Shown: positions 37,575-47,804, numbered from the whole stretch's first letter. The stretch: DNA of 63,084 nt, filler included, from Nanobdellota archaeon (GCA_003660925.1; 14 parts of 14 records of this genome joined end to end with filler, not necessarily neighbours in it); one strand, 5' to 3'. The notes: generated from the letters alone by a model not told the origin. Translations and numbers: made by a program.

Positions 37575-38321
37575 ATGCTCAAGGGCCTCATCAAGAACCT
37601 GCGCGTGAAGCATTGGCCGGTCTACTTCGGCATGGGGTTGTTGGGGTTCTTCAGTCTCCAAAACCTCCCCAAATTCCTCGTGCCCCTCTCCACATACCTC
37701 GGGTTCTCTTTCGCAGTGAACAACGTCTGCGACGTGGAGAACGATGAGGGGAACAAAAAGAATCCTATAGTCACCGGAGAGTTGAGCATGAAGGTCGCGA
37801 TCCTCGAGTGCATCTTCTTGTTCCTCTTAGGAATGCTGAGCTGTTACTTCTGGTTCCCCAAGGCCCTCCCTGTTTACTCCCTCTTGATGTTCCTCTCCTT
37901 CATCTATTCCGCGAGGCCCCTCAGGCTCAAGACGAGGCCCATCTTGGACCTCTTGTCCCATGCCTTCTTCTTCGGGGCACTGATAGTGCTCTTCGGGAAC
38001 TTGTGCGCCGATAGGGAGCCCAACTTCTACTTCCTGTTGGCCGTGGCCACTTGTTCCATGGCATTCGAGTTAAGGAACCACTTGGAGGATTACGAGGAGG
38101 ACGAAAGGGCGGGCGTGAGGACGAGCACTGTCTTCTTAGGTAAGGAGAACTCGAAGAAGCTGCTCTACACATTCTTCGCGTCTCACCTCATCATCCTATT
38201 TCTCTTGAATCCCTTGACCTTAACGCCCTACCTCCTCCTCTTCTTCCCCTTAAAGACTTTCATAGAGAGGTTTGATTACAGCACCACGGTGGCTTATTTA
38301 CTCGCGGTTTCCATGGGATAA
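37575..38321 (+). CDS. UbiA-family prenyltransferase
   Basis: NNVCDVEND, DYEEDERAG; multi-TM. Confidence 0.85.
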   Translation: MLKGLIKNLRVKHWPVYFGMGLLGFFSLQNLPKFLVPLSTYLGFSFAVNNVCDVENDEGNKKNPIVTGELSMKVAILECIFLFLLGMLSCYFWFPKALPVYSLLMFLSFIYSARPLRLKTRPILDLLSHAFFFGALIVLFGNLCADREPNFYFLLAVATCSMAFELRNHLEDYEEDERAGVRTSTVFLGKENSKKLLYTFFASHLIILFLLNPLTLTPYLLLFFPLKTFIERFDYSTTVAYLLAVSMG

Positions 38322-38352
38322 TTTAAATAAATCGGGAAGGGGAGGGAGATAC

Positions 38353-38885
38353 ATGAGGATCTTTGGAGTCAGCGACATCCATGGGGACAGGGGCCTGGTG
38401 GAGAGGTTATTGGAAAGGGCGAAGGAAGCGGATGTCATAGTCCTGTGTGGGGACCTCACCTTCGCGGAAGAGAGCTTAGAGGGAATAATTGGTCCCTTCA
38501 AGTCCCTTGGGAAACCCATCCTCTTCGTCCCCGGAAATCACGAGACTCTGGCGACAGCGGATTTCCTCCAACAATTATATGCCCCTGGTGTCTATAATCT
38601 CCACGGCATGGGGATCAAGATAAAGGGAGTAGGGTTCTTCGGATGCGGCTCCGCGGATATAGGGCTGTTCAGCTTGACGGATGAGGAGATGTTCGAAACC
38701 CTCAAGCAAGGGTGGGAGATGGTGAAGGACGCGGAGAAGAAGGTGGTGATCACCCACACCCCTCCCTACAAGACTAAGTTGGGGGAATTGGGGTGGGTGA
38801 ACGCGGGTTCCCCTGGCATAAGGGAGTTCATAGAGGAGTTCGAGCCAGACCTCTGTTTGTGCGGCCACATACATGAGACCTTCGG
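38353..38885 (+). CDS. Calcineurin-like metallophosphoesterase, partial
   Basis: SDIHG, GDLT, PGNHE, GHIHE. Confidence 0.9.
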
Positions 38886-38985
38886 NNNNNNNNNNNNNNN
38901 NNNNNNNNNNNNNNNNNNNNNNNNNNNNNTTAATTAATTAANNNNNNNNNNNNNNNNNNNNNNNNNNNNNNNNNNNNNNNNNNNN

Positions 38986-39678
38986 ACCTTGACGAAGGGA
39001 GACATCATAGCAGAGTTAGCACAATCCTTATCGGGGTTGGGGGTGAAGCGGGAACACATCATGGGGGCCCTCAGGAGTTTAAGGATGGAGAAAGAGGACC
39101 TCCTCAAGGACGAGAGGCTCTTCGAGTTCGCTTCGGAGCTCCGCAAGATCTCCAAACCCATCTTGGTAGTGGGCAACAAGGCGGACATGAAGGAGGCGAG
39201 GGAGAATCTCAAGAGGTTGAACGTCCTTCCCTGCTCCGCGGAGGTGGAGCTGGCCCTAAAGGAGGCCTCCAGGAAGGGGCTCATAAAATACATCCCGGGA
39301 GATGACGATTTTGAGATCCTGAAAGAGGACATGGACCAGAGGAGGTTGAAGGCATTAGAATTCATGAGGAACTTCTTGAAAGAGAACGGGGGGAGCGGGG
39401 TTCAGAGGGCGATTAATGAGGTGGTCCTGAACCTCTTGGGGGCGGTTGTAGTTTATCCCGTCGAGGACGAGAACAAGCTCACGAACAAGGAAGGAGAGGT
39501 CCTCCCAGACGCCTTCGTGATGCCGAGGGGCTCGAGAGCGATAGACCTAGCTTACAGGATACATTCTGATTTGGGAGACAACTTCATAAAAGCCATAGAT
39601 TGCAGGAACAAGAAGGTGATTGGGAGGGATTACGTGCTCAAGAATGGGGACGTGATCAAGATAGTGGCGAGAGCTTAA
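38986..39678 (+). CDS. ychF: YchF/Obg-like ATPase, C-terminal part with TGS domain
   Basis: NKAD, PCSAE.ELAL, GSGVQ, VLPDA, IHSD. Confidence 0.88.
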   Translation, partial: TLTKGDIIAELAQSLSGLGVKREHIMGALRSLRMEKEDLLKDERLFEFASELRKISKPILVVGNKADMKEARENLKRLNVLPCSAEVELALKEASRKGLIKYIPGDDDFEILKEDMDQRRLKALEFMRNFLKENGGSGVQRAINEVVLNLLGAVVVYPVEDENKLTNKEGEVLPDAFVMPRGSRAIDLAYRIHSDLGDNFIKAIDCRNKKVIGRDYVLKNGDVIKIVARA

Positions 39679-40171
39679 TCAGGTAGATGTCCTCAAAGAA
39701 ATAGTGCTCCTTCTCGAGGATCTCTACTTCGTAACCCATCTTCTTAGCGAGTGAAGGGACGTCCCCTGTCAGGGAGCTGAAGATGAGGTAGATGACTCCA
39801 CCTTCCCTCAAGTGCCCCTTCGCCTTCTTTAGAAATCTCTCGATCAGCCCCATTCCCCCGGTCGTGTCTCTTCCCTTGTCGAACTTGTCTTCCGGAAGAT
39901 AAGGTGGATTGAAGCATATCACGTCGAATTTTTCCCTTACTCTCTCAAAAAGGTCACTCTTGAAACATTTCACCTTTAACCCCATTTCTTTCGCCTTCTT
40001 CCTCACGAAGTCCAAGGCCTCTTCATCGATATCTACTGCGGTTACCTCGTTCTCTTTTGCGAGGGAAAGGGCGATTATACCGGAGCCTGTTCCTATGTCC
40101 AAGACCTTCTTCCCCTTGATCTCCTCCACGTTCCTCAACAGCAAGAAAGAGTCTTCCTGGGGTTCGTACAT
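39656..40171 (-). CDS. HemK/PrmC-like methyltransferase
   Basis: YEPQEDSFLL, DIGTGSG, NPPY. Confidence 0.9.
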   Translation of the reverse strand: MYEPQEDSFLLLRNVEEIKGKKVLDIGTGSGIIALSLAKENEVTAVDIDEEALDFVRKKAKEMGLKVKCFKSDLFERVREKFDVICFNPPYLPEDKFDKGRDTTGGMGLIERFLKKAKGHLREGGVIYLIFSSLTGDVPSLAKKMGYEVEILEKEHYFFEDIYLIKLSPLS

Positions 40172-40209
40172 CGCAATAGTTATAAATAAGGTGCCCTTTT
40201 AATCTTTCC

Positions 40210-40503
40210 ATGCTCAAGGAGCTGGTGGTCTGCAGGCTCACGCCCAAGGCTGATTTCTACAGCATCATAAGGAACTTGAAGGAGAGGTATGGAAAGTACT
40301 TCTTGGGCATGAGCGAGAACAGCGGGCTCCTCCTCTTCTTCTCCAAGGACATCTTAGAGAGCGAGGACTACTTCTCCCTGGTTAACTCCCTTTCTGGTCT
40401 CGGGAAGATATCCAAGATAGGGTTGGAAGAAGTGGACTTGGAGGCCATCCTCAAGGACGTGAAGAGGTTCTCCTATATTATAAGGAGCAAGCTGACCAAA
40501 TAG
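40210..40503 (+). CDS. Hypothetical protein
   Basis: 97-aa ORF, divergent from hemK. Confidence 0.55.
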   Translation: MLKELVVCRLTPKADFYSIIRNLKERYGKYFLGMSENSGLLLFFSKDILESEDYFSLVNSLSGLGKISKIGLEEVDLEAILKDVKRFSYIIRSKLTK

Positions 40504-40532
40504 TTTTTAAAAACCCTCCTCCTTCTTGGCTC

Positions 40533-40817
40533 ATGAAAATAGCGGATGTGAGGTACGGTTCAAGGGATGTGGAACTGGTGGTCAATGTTAAGGAGCTTGG
40601 GGAGATAAGGGAGGTGAAGACAAAGTATGGGAGGACAGTGGTCATGAACGCGTTGATCGAGGATGAGACCGGGAGCATGAAGCTCACCCTGTGGGGGAAC
40701 CAAATAGACAAGGTGAAGAAAGGAGATAAGATAAGGATAACGGGAGGTTATGTGAAGGAATTCAACGGAGAGCTGTTCTTGAACGTGGGAAGGAACGGGA
40801 CCTTGGAGAGGTTGTAG
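40533..40817 (+). CDS. Single OB-fold ssDNA-binding protein
   Basis: DETGSMKLTLW, GYVKEFNG..LNVGRNG. Confidence 0.88.
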   Translation: MKIADVRYGSRDVELVVNVKELGEIREVKTKYGRTVVMNALIEDETGSMKLTLWGNQIDKVKKGDKIRITGGYVKEFNGELFLNVGRNGTLERL

Positions 40818-40820
40818 GCT

Positions 40821-41030
40821 ATGGAGAAGCTAATAAGCATCCTGGTAGAGAAAGGTAAGAAATCGAAGATAGAGAAGATCGCAGAGGACAAGTTCAGGGT
40901 GAAGCTTAAGACCGGAGAGGACAGGGAGTTGTTGGAGGTCTTGAGCAAGTTCTTCGGCATCTACAAGGAGAGGATAACCTTACTATCAAAAAAAGACAAG
41001 ATGAGGAAGGTAAGGGTCAAGTTATACTGA
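40821..41030 (+). CDS. DUF167/YggU-like small protein
   Basis: ELLEVLSKFFGI..ITL..RKVRV. Confidence 0.55.
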   Translation: MEKLISILVEKGKKSKIEKIAEDKFRVKLKTGEDRELLEVLSKFFGIYKERITLLSKKDKMRKVRVKLY

Positions 41031-42728
41031 CCTTTCCTCAATTTTCTTCAAGAGGTCCTTGATGAAGTCATTTAACTTGATACCATACTTTGTCTTACCG
41101 CTCCTGTCCCTCACCGCTATGCTTTTCCCTTTCTCCTCCTTGTCCCCGACGATCACCATGTATGGTATCTTCTGTAACTGGGCCTCCCTTATCTTGTACT
41201 GGAGGGTGTTTCTGCTGTCATCCAATTCTGCCCTGATCCCTTTGCTCTTGAGCCTTCCCCACACTTTCCTCCCGTAATTAACGTTCCTGTCCGTTATGGG
41301 CAACACCCTCACTTGGACGGGGGAGAGCCACAAGGGGAACTTTCCAGCATAATGTTCTATCATCACGCCCATGAACCTCTCCAAGGAACCCAAAAGGGCC
41401 CAGTGTATCATCACAGGCCTCCTCTTGCTTCCATCCTTGTCGACATACTCCAACTCAAACCTCTGAGGCATGAAAAAGTCGAGCTGGATGGTGGTGAGTT
41501 GCCACCACCTTCCCAAGGAGTCCATAGCGTCGAAGTCTATCTTTGGACCGTAGAACGCCCCTTCTCCTTCCTTCAGTTCGTACTCTACCTTCATCTCCTC
41601 CAAGCAAGATTTCAAGGCGTTCGTGGCCTTTTCCCATATCTCATCACTTCCTATGTGCTTTTCCGGCTTGGTGGAGAGCTTCACCTTCACTCTCATCTTA
41701 AAGATCCCCTTTAAGACGTCTATGGACGCCCTCACCAGCTTTTCCACCTCTTCCTTTATCTGGTCCTCCCTGGCGAATATGTGATGGTCGTCTTGGGTGA
41801 GGCTTATCACCCTCAAGAGGCCACTGAGCTCCCCCGACTTCTCCCTCCTGTAGACCGTGGCGAACTCTGAGTACCTCACGGGCAAGTCCCTATAACTCCT
41901 CGCCCTGCTCTTATACACTTGGATATGGAAGGGACAATTCATCGCTTTTATCCCCCATTCCTCCTTGTTCACCTTGAAGATGAACATGTTCTCCTTGTAG
42001 GCCTCATAGTGGCCGGATCTCCTCCAGAGCTCGCACTTCGCCACGTGAGGCGTGTATACTTCTTGGAAATCTAATCTATCGTTCACTTCCCTCATGAGCT
42101 TCACTAGCTCTTTCCTTATGGTCATGCCCTTTGGATGAAGTATGGGCAGTCCTGGTCCCACTAGTTCATACAACCCGAAGAGGTCGAGTTGCTTCCCTAT
42201 CTTCCTGTGATCCCTCTTCTCGGCCTCCTCTAGCATCCTCAAGAATTCTTCCATCTCTTTCTTGGTCTTGAAGGAAATCCCATATATCCTCTGCATCATG
42301 GGGTTCTTCTCGTCCCCTAACCAGTAAGCGGCGTTCACCCTCAAGAGCTTCACGTGCTTTATCTCTCCAGCGCTCCTTAAGTGGGGTCCTTTACACAAGT
42401 CCACAAAATCCCCGGTCTCATAGATAGAGACTTTCTCTCCTTCCATCTTTCGGAGGAGCTCCAGCTTGAAGGGCTCGTCCTTGAAGAGCTTTTCCGCCTC
42501 TTTCTTGCTTATCTCTTTTCTGATGAACTTCGGGTCCTCTTTTATTATCTTCCTCATTTCCTCCTCTATCCTCTCAAGATCCTCTTTGGAGAACGTCCTC
42601 CCGTAAAACTCGTAGTAAAACCCCTTTTCTATGGCTGGCCCTATGCCCAGCTTCACGTCAGGCCAGAGCCTCTTGACAGCAGCAGCCAGAACGTGGGCAG
42701 AGCTATGCCAGTAAACCTCATAATCCAT
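41022..42728 (-). CDS. thrS: Threonyl-tRNA synthetase, bacterial-type editing domain
   Basis: HSSAH, DLCKGPH, RDHRKIG, MNCP, GAFYGPKID, GSLERF. Confidence 0.96.
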   Translation of the reverse strand: MDYEVYWHSSAHVLAAAVKRLWPDVKLGIGPAIEKGFYYEFYGRTFSKEDLERIEEEMRKIIKEDPKFIRKEISKKEAEKLFKDEPFKLELLRKMEGEKVSIYETGDFVDLCKGPHLRSAGEIKHVKLLRVNAAYWLGDEKNPMMQRIYGISFKTKKEMEEFLRMLEEAEKRDHRKIGKQLDLFGLYELVGPGLPILHPKGMTIRKELVKLMREVNDRLDFQEVYTPHVAKCELWRRSGHYEAYKENMFIFKVNKEEWGIKAMNCPFHIQVYKSRARSYRDLPVRYSEFATVYRREKSGELSGLLRVISLTQDDHHIFAREDQIKEEVEKLVRASIDVLKGIFKMRVKVKLSTKPEKHIGSDEIWEKATNALKSCLEEMKVEYELKEGEGAFYGPKIDFDAMDSLGRWWQLTTIQLDFFMPQRFELEYVDKDGSKRRPVMIHWALLGSLERFMGVMIEHYAGKFPLWLSPVQVRVLPITDRNVNYGRKVWGRLKSKGIRAELDDSRNTLQYKIREAQLQKIPYMVIVGDKEEKGKSIAVRDRSGKTKYGIKLNDFIKDLLKKIEERSV

Positions 42729-42825
42729 TCATCTCACCTCCCAGAACTAGTTCAAAGGATTGTTTCCCGGCCACCGCGCATTGCCGGAGCCATGCTTGAT
42801 GAAGCATCTTCTTCATTATTAAAGG

Positions 42826-43230
42826 TTACGCTTTTAACATGAAGGTCTTGTTTCCCCTGGCTAATACTTCCCCGTTCTCTCCCAGCATCTCGAAGGCTAT
42901 TTCTTTCTCCCCCTCACTTATCCCCGAGCACCTTGAACAATAGGGCATCCTGAGGGTATAGTTGAGTTGATTCAGCCCCATGGTCAAGTTCCTCACATCT
43001 CTTATGCTTAGGTAGTAGTGGTCGCCTTTTCTTATGGCAAAGATGTAAATCTCCACGTTCTCCACGTTTTTCGGGGAAAAATACTCCAGGGTTATATCCA
43101 TGATCTCTCCCGATTTGTACTCCTCTTTGTTTAACATAAGGGAAGCCCTCTCTGAAGGAGGGACTTGAAATATAAGCTGGAGAGCGAAGAGCGTGAAAAG
43201 TATGATCATGAGCATTAATGCTTCCCTCAT
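42826..43230 (-). CDS. Hypothetical secreted or membrane-anchored protein
   Basis: N-terminal hydrophobic segment; PYCSRC. Confidence 0.6.
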   Translation of the reverse strand: MREALMLMIILFTLFALQLIFQVPPSERASLMLNKEEYKSGEIMDITLEYFSPKNVENVEIYIFAIRKGDHYYLSIRDVRNLTMGLNQLNYTLRMPYCSRCSGISEGEKEIAFEMLGENGEVLARGNKTFMLKA

Positions 43231-43397
43231 CCCTTGAGAAATTTCCGTCCGAATTTTTAACTTTTGTGAAATTTCCTTGAGACAAAATTTTATGTATNNN
43301 NNNNNNNNNNNNNNNNNNNNNNNNNNNNNNNNNNNNNNNNNTTAATTAATTAANNNNNNNNNNNNNNNNNNNNNNNNNNNNNNNNNNNNNNNNNNNN

Positions 43398-43523
43398 GTC
43401 GAGGAGTTGAAAGAGCTCGGAAGGGAAGTGGGAAAACACATAGAGGTGGAGAAGATCACCAAGATCAAGAGGTTCGGGCCAAGGGTGAACCACATCGTCC
43501 TCGACCTATCTGCGTCTCCTTGA
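43398..43523 (+). CDS. Trm5/Taw2-like methyltransferase, C-terminal fragment
   Basis: KIKRFGPRVNHIVLD. Confidence 0.55.
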   Translation, partial: VEELKELGREVGKHIEVEKITKIKRFGPRVNHIVLDLSASP

Positions 43524-43694
43524 TTGGTATATTATTCTCCCCCTTCCTGTGATCTTAGCCTTCTTGGAACAACGAACGCACAGGTAATATTTCATGCCCC
43601 TCCTGTAAATGATGTGGGCCTTAGACCTAGCAATCCTCATGCCACACCTATCGCAGGAGACGTATGTGGTCCTACCCCTTCTCTTCTTCCCCAT
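43506..43694 (-). CDS. Ribosomal protein S26e-like
   Basis: RGR...VSCDRCG.RIARSKA...YLCVRC; very basic. Confidence 0.7.
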   Translation of the reverse strand: MGKKRRGRTTYVSCDRCGMRIARSKAHIIYRRGMKYYLCVRCSKKAKITGRGRIIYQSRRRR

Positions 43695-44406
43695 GTTCCC
43701 ACCACCTCAAGAACTCTTCCTCCGTGAAGTGCAACTCGCCCGGGATAATTAAAGATTGTGGTTTTCCCCTTCCCTTCAAATCCCTCAGCTTTCCGTAGAC
43801 GATCTCGGGTTCTTCTCCCAGAGAGAGGGAGACTCCCTTGGTCTCCTCGCTTACGACCCCCCTTTTCTCCTTCTTCTCCGCCTCGAACAGGTATCCCACT
43901 GCCTCCTCGAGGCTTATCTCCGGGTCTATGAGGAAGAGCGTGTGAAGCCCCCTTTCCAAGTTCTCCCTCAGGATGTGGTAGGGACTGGTAGGGAAGAAGT
44001 CTTCCCTTGTCTTCGGGATGCTGGTCACCCTACCGAACTTGTAAATATGCAACCCTGTCTCACAGACAGCGCTCACGATGGAGGAGGAGTGAATGATCTT
44101 CACCTTAATTCCCTTCTTCCTCGCCCTCAAGACCAACTCTTGATGGGTAGTGGCCACCAATGGGTCTCCTGGGACTAAGAAGGCCACGTCCTTCTCCTTG
44201 GCCTTTTCTATTAACAAATTGCTCTCTTCCACGTCTTTCCTCTTCAATTCCTTCACTTCTTTGCCTAAGAGCTCCCTCAAACCTTCCACGCTCACAGGAG
44301 AGGTATACCTCTCATAGAACACCTCTTCACACCTCTTGGCTATTTCTAACCCTTTGACGCTCATGTCCCTTGGGTCATGGATGCCCATGCCTATCAGGTA
44401 AAGCAT
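43672..44406 (-). CDS. dph5: Diphthine synthase
   Basis: GDPLVATTH, GLHIYKFG, GLHTL, PGELHFTE. Confidence 0.94.
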   Translation of the reverse strand: MLYLIGMGIHDPRDMSVKGLEIAKRCEEVFYERYTSPVSVEGLRELLGKEVKELKRKDVEESNLLIEKAKEKDVAFLVPGDPLVATTHQELVLRARKKGIKVKIIHSSSIVSAVCETGLHIYKFGRVTSIPKTREDFFPTSPYHILRENLERGLHTLFLIDPEISLEEAVGYLFEAEKKEKRGVVSEETKGVSLSLGEEPEIVYGKLRDLKGRGKPQSLIIPGELHFTEEEFLRWWEHGEEEKG

Positions 44407-44453
44407 AAGGTGATTTTCGGAAATGTTATTAATAATGTTTATCAGTCTATGCC

Positions 44454-45251
44454 ATGGAGTGGTTGATGGTCTTAGTTTCCCTCATCGGCTTCCTCCTCGC
44501 TAGTTACTTCGACCTGAGAACCAGGGAAGTCCCAGATCCCTTGAGTCACTCCCTCATCCTCATAGGGATTGGTTTGAGGCTCTTCTGGTCCTTAGAAGAC
44601 ATCTCTTACTTCCTCTATTGTCTCCCCGTGCTCCTTGGTTTGGGAGGCATCTCCTACTTACTGTATAAAGCAGGCCAATGGGGAGGAGGAGACGTCAAGC
44701 TCATGATCGCTTCCTCCTTCCTCCTGGGTTATTTTCCGAAGAAGGGGTTCTTCATCCTCCCCTTCTTCGTGAACTTGATCGTCTTCGGGACGTTTTACAG
44801 CGTCCTCTACACCTTGGCCATCGGTCTGAAGAATGGGTTTAGGTCCACTCGAGAGCAGAAGTTAATCGCTTCATGCGGGATGTTAATTTCTTTCTTCTTA
44901 TTCAAATTCCTACCAACGGAGATAGGGGTCATTCCCCCCCTCACCATCTTGGTGGCCTCCTTCCTCCCCATGCTCAAGGACATCGAGCAGAAGTTCTTCG
45001 TGAAGGAGGTCCCTCCTGAGAAGTTAACGGAAGGAGATTGGTTAGTGGAGCCCATAAGGGTTGGAAAATTGAGGATAGAGAAGAGGGGGGAGGGATTGAG
45101 CAAGAAGGAGATAGAAATCTTAAGGAAGTCAAAGATCAAACGGGTGAAGATAAAGGAAGGTGTTCCCTTCGTCCCAGCCTTCCTTCTGTCCCTCCTCCTC
45201 ACTTATTTCCTTCCTCACCAATACCTCGGGATCCTGGGCTCCACCTTATAG
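44454..45251 (+). CDS. A24 prepilin peptidase
   Basis: DLRTREVP, GGGDVKL, EGVPFVP. Confidence 0.9.
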   Translation: MEWLMVLVSLIGFLLASYFDLRTREVPDPLSHSLILIGIGLRLFWSLEDISYFLYCLPVLLGLGGISYLLYKAGQWGGGDVKLMIASSFLLGYFPKKGFFILPFFVNLIVFGTFYSVLYTLAIGLKNGFRSTREQKLIASCGMLISFFLFKFLPTEIGVIPPLTILVASFLPMLKDIEQKFFVKEVPPEKLTEGDWLVEPIRVGKLRIEKRGEGLSKKEIEILRKSKIKRVKIKEGVPFVPAFLLSLLLTYFLPHQYLGILGSTL

Positions 45252-45703
45252 AGCTTCTTTTCCTCTTTCCTTTCCTTTTTCTTCTCTTCCTTTCCCTCGA
45301 AGAACTTCAAGATCCTCTCCCTTATCCTCTCGAAGTCCTTTTCATTCACTGACTTTGGTTCCCAGAAGATCTTCACCTCATCCCCTTCAAATCTCGGGAT
45401 GATGTGGAGGATGACGTGGGGAGTTAACTGACCTGCTTGGGCCCCAGCGGAATATATGAGGTTATATCCCTTCGCCTCCACCGCCTTCACCACCAAGCTC
45501 GCCAGCTTGCTCGCAAGGGAGAAGAACTTCCCTATTTCCTCATCGCTCATATCGCTCAAGAAGACCACGTGACGTTTCGGGAAGAGGATCAAGTGTCCTG
45601 GGTTCGCTGGCCTTATGTCGAACACCGCCATGAACTCTCTATCCTCGTAGACCTTGAAGGAAGGCGTCTTCCCCTTCACTATATCGCAAAAGAGGCATTC
45701 CAT
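45215..45703 (-). CDS. HIT family protein
   Basis: CLFC, PGH, AGQ..PHVILHIIPR (middle His of the triad replaced). Confidence 0.88.
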   Translation of the reverse strand: MECLFCDIVKGKTPSFKVYEDREFMAVFDIRPANPGHLILFPKRHVVFLSDMSDEEIGKFFSLASKLASLVVKAVEAKGYNLIYSAGAQAGQLTPHVILHIIPRFEGDEVKIFWEPKSVNEKDFERIRERILKFFEGKEEKKKERKEEKKLYKVEPRIPRYW

Positions 45704-45737
45704 AACGGACAAAAAGGGAGAACTGAATTAAATAGTT

Positions 45738-46367
45738 ATGCTCGAGGACAGCATCATGAGGTACAGGGGATGGTTAATCTTGGCAGATTTACACATAGGC
45801 TATGAAAGAGAGCTGGAGGAAAAGGGATATAACATACCGAGCCAGACCAAGGACATGTTGAGGAGGATAAGGGAGTTAAAAAAGAAGGAAAGGAGGTTGT
45901 TGATCCTGGGAGACCTGAAGCACAACATCCCCGAGTTCTCCCTTCAAGAGATGAAGGAGGTCCCCTATTTCGTGCGGAGGTTGAAGGAGTTGTTCGACAG
46001 GGTGGTAATCATCAAGGGAAACCACGATGGGGACATAGAAAAGCTCGTGGACGTGGAAGTCTTGAAGGAATTCAGGGTGGGAAGAGTGGGGTTCCTGCAC
46101 GGACACGCGAGGCCTTCCGACGAATTGTTAGAACGCGTGAAGACCTTGGTGATAGGGCACATCCATCCCGTGTATAAATATGAGGACTCTCTAGGACATC
46201 CCGTCTTCAAGAGCTGTTGGTTGATGGGGAGGTGGAGGGACAAGAAGGTAATCGTGATGCCCGCCTTCAATCCCCTGTTCACGGGCTCCCAGGAATTGAC
46301 TGGGCCATTCGCTAAGGAGATGGAAGTTGAGGAGATCATCCTGACCGATTTGATAAAAATTGTTTAG
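45738..46367 (+). CDS. ICC-like metallophosphoesterase
   Basis: ADLHIG, GDLKH, GNHDG, GHIHP, MPAFN. Confidence 0.9.
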   Translation: MLEDSIMRYRGWLILADLHIGYERELEEKGYNIPSQTKDMLRRIRELKKKERRLLILGDLKHNIPEFSLQEMKEVPYFVRRLKELFDRVVIIKGNHDGDIEKLVDVEVLKEFRVGRVGFLHGHARPSDELLERVKTLVIGHIHPVYKYEDSLGHPVFKSCWLMGRWRDKKVIVMPAFNPLFTGSQELTGPFAKEMEVEEIILTDLIKIV

Positions 46368-46708
46368 TCTTCTTCCCTCAAGTACATCCCGAGGTCAGCG
46401 ATGTTCTTGATCAACCTCTTCCCGAATTTCCCGAATCCAAGGGGTTCTCCCCTCTTGTTGCAAATTATCACTATCCCTTCATCTGCCTCCTTTCTGATGA
46501 TCGATCTTAAGAAGACATCCCTCCCGTAAAGGAAAAGTTGCTCAGCGTGGTCATCCACGAAGACCCTCGGGAAATTCACCTGAGAGGTTATCAGGGCGTG
46601 AAGGCTGGGAAATTCCATGTAAATGCCTGCAGCATAAGGCTCTCCCAGTTCTCTTATGACCTCCTTCATCTCCTTCGTGACCTTGAACTCCTTTCCCCTT
46701 ATTCGCAT
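46364..46708 (-). CDS. NIP7-like PUA-domain protein
   Basis: AEQLFLYGRDV, DLGMYLR. Confidence 0.8.
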   Translation of the reverse strand: MRIRGKEFKVTKEMKEVIRELGEPYAAGIYMEFPSLHALITSQVNFPRVFVDDHAEQLFLYGRDVFLRSIIRKEADEGIVIICNKRGEPLGFGKFGKRLIKNIADLGMYLREED

Positions 46709-47547
46709 GGTCTCACCAATTTGGCTATGAAGAAACCTGAGCTCTCGAAGGGCCATATCCTCACCGTCCCCTTCAACAACCCTTCCTCTCCCCCTATCGC
46801 CCTCTTCAGCTCGAATCCTAGGGATAGGGCGTATTCCACGACCTCCTCGTTTTCCTCCGGCTCCAAGCTGCAGGTAGAGTAAACCAAAGTTCCTCCCTCC
46901 TTCAAGTTCTCATACGCCGTTTTCATCAATTCCTTCTGTAAAGAGGAAGCTTTCCTTATATCCCTGAGTTTGACCCTCACCCTCGTGGGATCCCTCCTCA
47001 AGATACCAGTCCCCGTGCAGGGGGCATCCAGGAGGATCTTGTCGAACTTATATTTCACCTCCCTCGCATCTCTCTGATAAATGATGACATTGGTCACCCC
47101 CATGCGCATGACGTTGTACCACAAAGATTTCACCTTCCTCACATCGGTGGCCACTATCACCCCTTGATTCTTCATCAACTGGGCTAAGTGGGTGGTCTTC
47201 CCCCCTGGAGCTGCGCACATGTCCCAGACGATCTCCCCCGGTTTGGGATCTAGGTTTATGGTGGGAAAAAGGGAGGAGTAATCTTGGAGGAAATAGTATC
47301 CTAAAAGGTATTCGGTGGTGGCTCCTATCGAGATGGGAGCCTTTTTCACTAAGAAGCAATAATCCATCACCTTCTTCAACTCGAACCCTTTCTCCTCCAA
47401 CCTCCTCCTGAGCTCCTTTGGTCTTATCCTCAAGGTGTTCACCCTTATGTACTTCGGGAGGGGTTTCCTGCTGGCTTCCAAGAACTCCTTAAACCTCGAC
47501 CCCAACATCTCCTCATATCTCTTCAGGAGGAACTCGTTATATATCAT
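46699..47547 (-). CDS. NOL1/NOP2/Sun RNA m5C methyltransferase
   Basis: DMCAAPGGKT, DAPCTG, YSTCS. Confidence 0.93.
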   Translation of the reverse strand: MIYNEFLLKRYEEMLGSRFKEFLEASRKPLPKYIRVNTLRIRPKELRRRLEEKGFELKKVMDYCFLVKKAPISIGATTEYLLGYYFLQDYSSLFPTINLDPKPGEIVWDMCAAPGGKTTHLAQLMKNQGVIVATDVRKVKSLWYNVMRMGVTNVIIYQRDAREVKYKFDKILLDAPCTGTGILRRDPTRVRVKLRDIRKASSLQKELMKTAYENLKEGGTLVYSTCSLEPEENEEVVEYALSLGFELKRAIGGEEGLLKGTVRIWPFESSGFFIAKLVRPCE

Positions 47548-47696
47548 ATTCCCTCAACAAATCTCTCAAGAGAACCCTTGCGTCATCAACCCTCTCCACA
47601 TCAGCCACAAGTCTGGTCCCGTGAACATAGACGTCCTTCCACTTCTTCAGGAAACGCTCGAAGTGTTCCTTCGGGACCCAGACAGGGGGGCCTAGA
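47537..47696 (-). CDS. cca: CCA-adding enzyme, C-terminal fragment
   Basis: Manual translation LGPPVWVPKEHFERFLKKW..YVHGTRLVADVER. Confidence 0.65.
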
Positions 47697-47804
47697 NNNN
47701 NNNNNNNNNNNNNNNNNNNNNNNNNNNNNNNNNNNNNNNNTTAATTAATTAANNNNNNNNNNNNNNNNNNNNNNNNNNNNNNNNNNNNNNNNNNNNCTCG
47801 TAGA

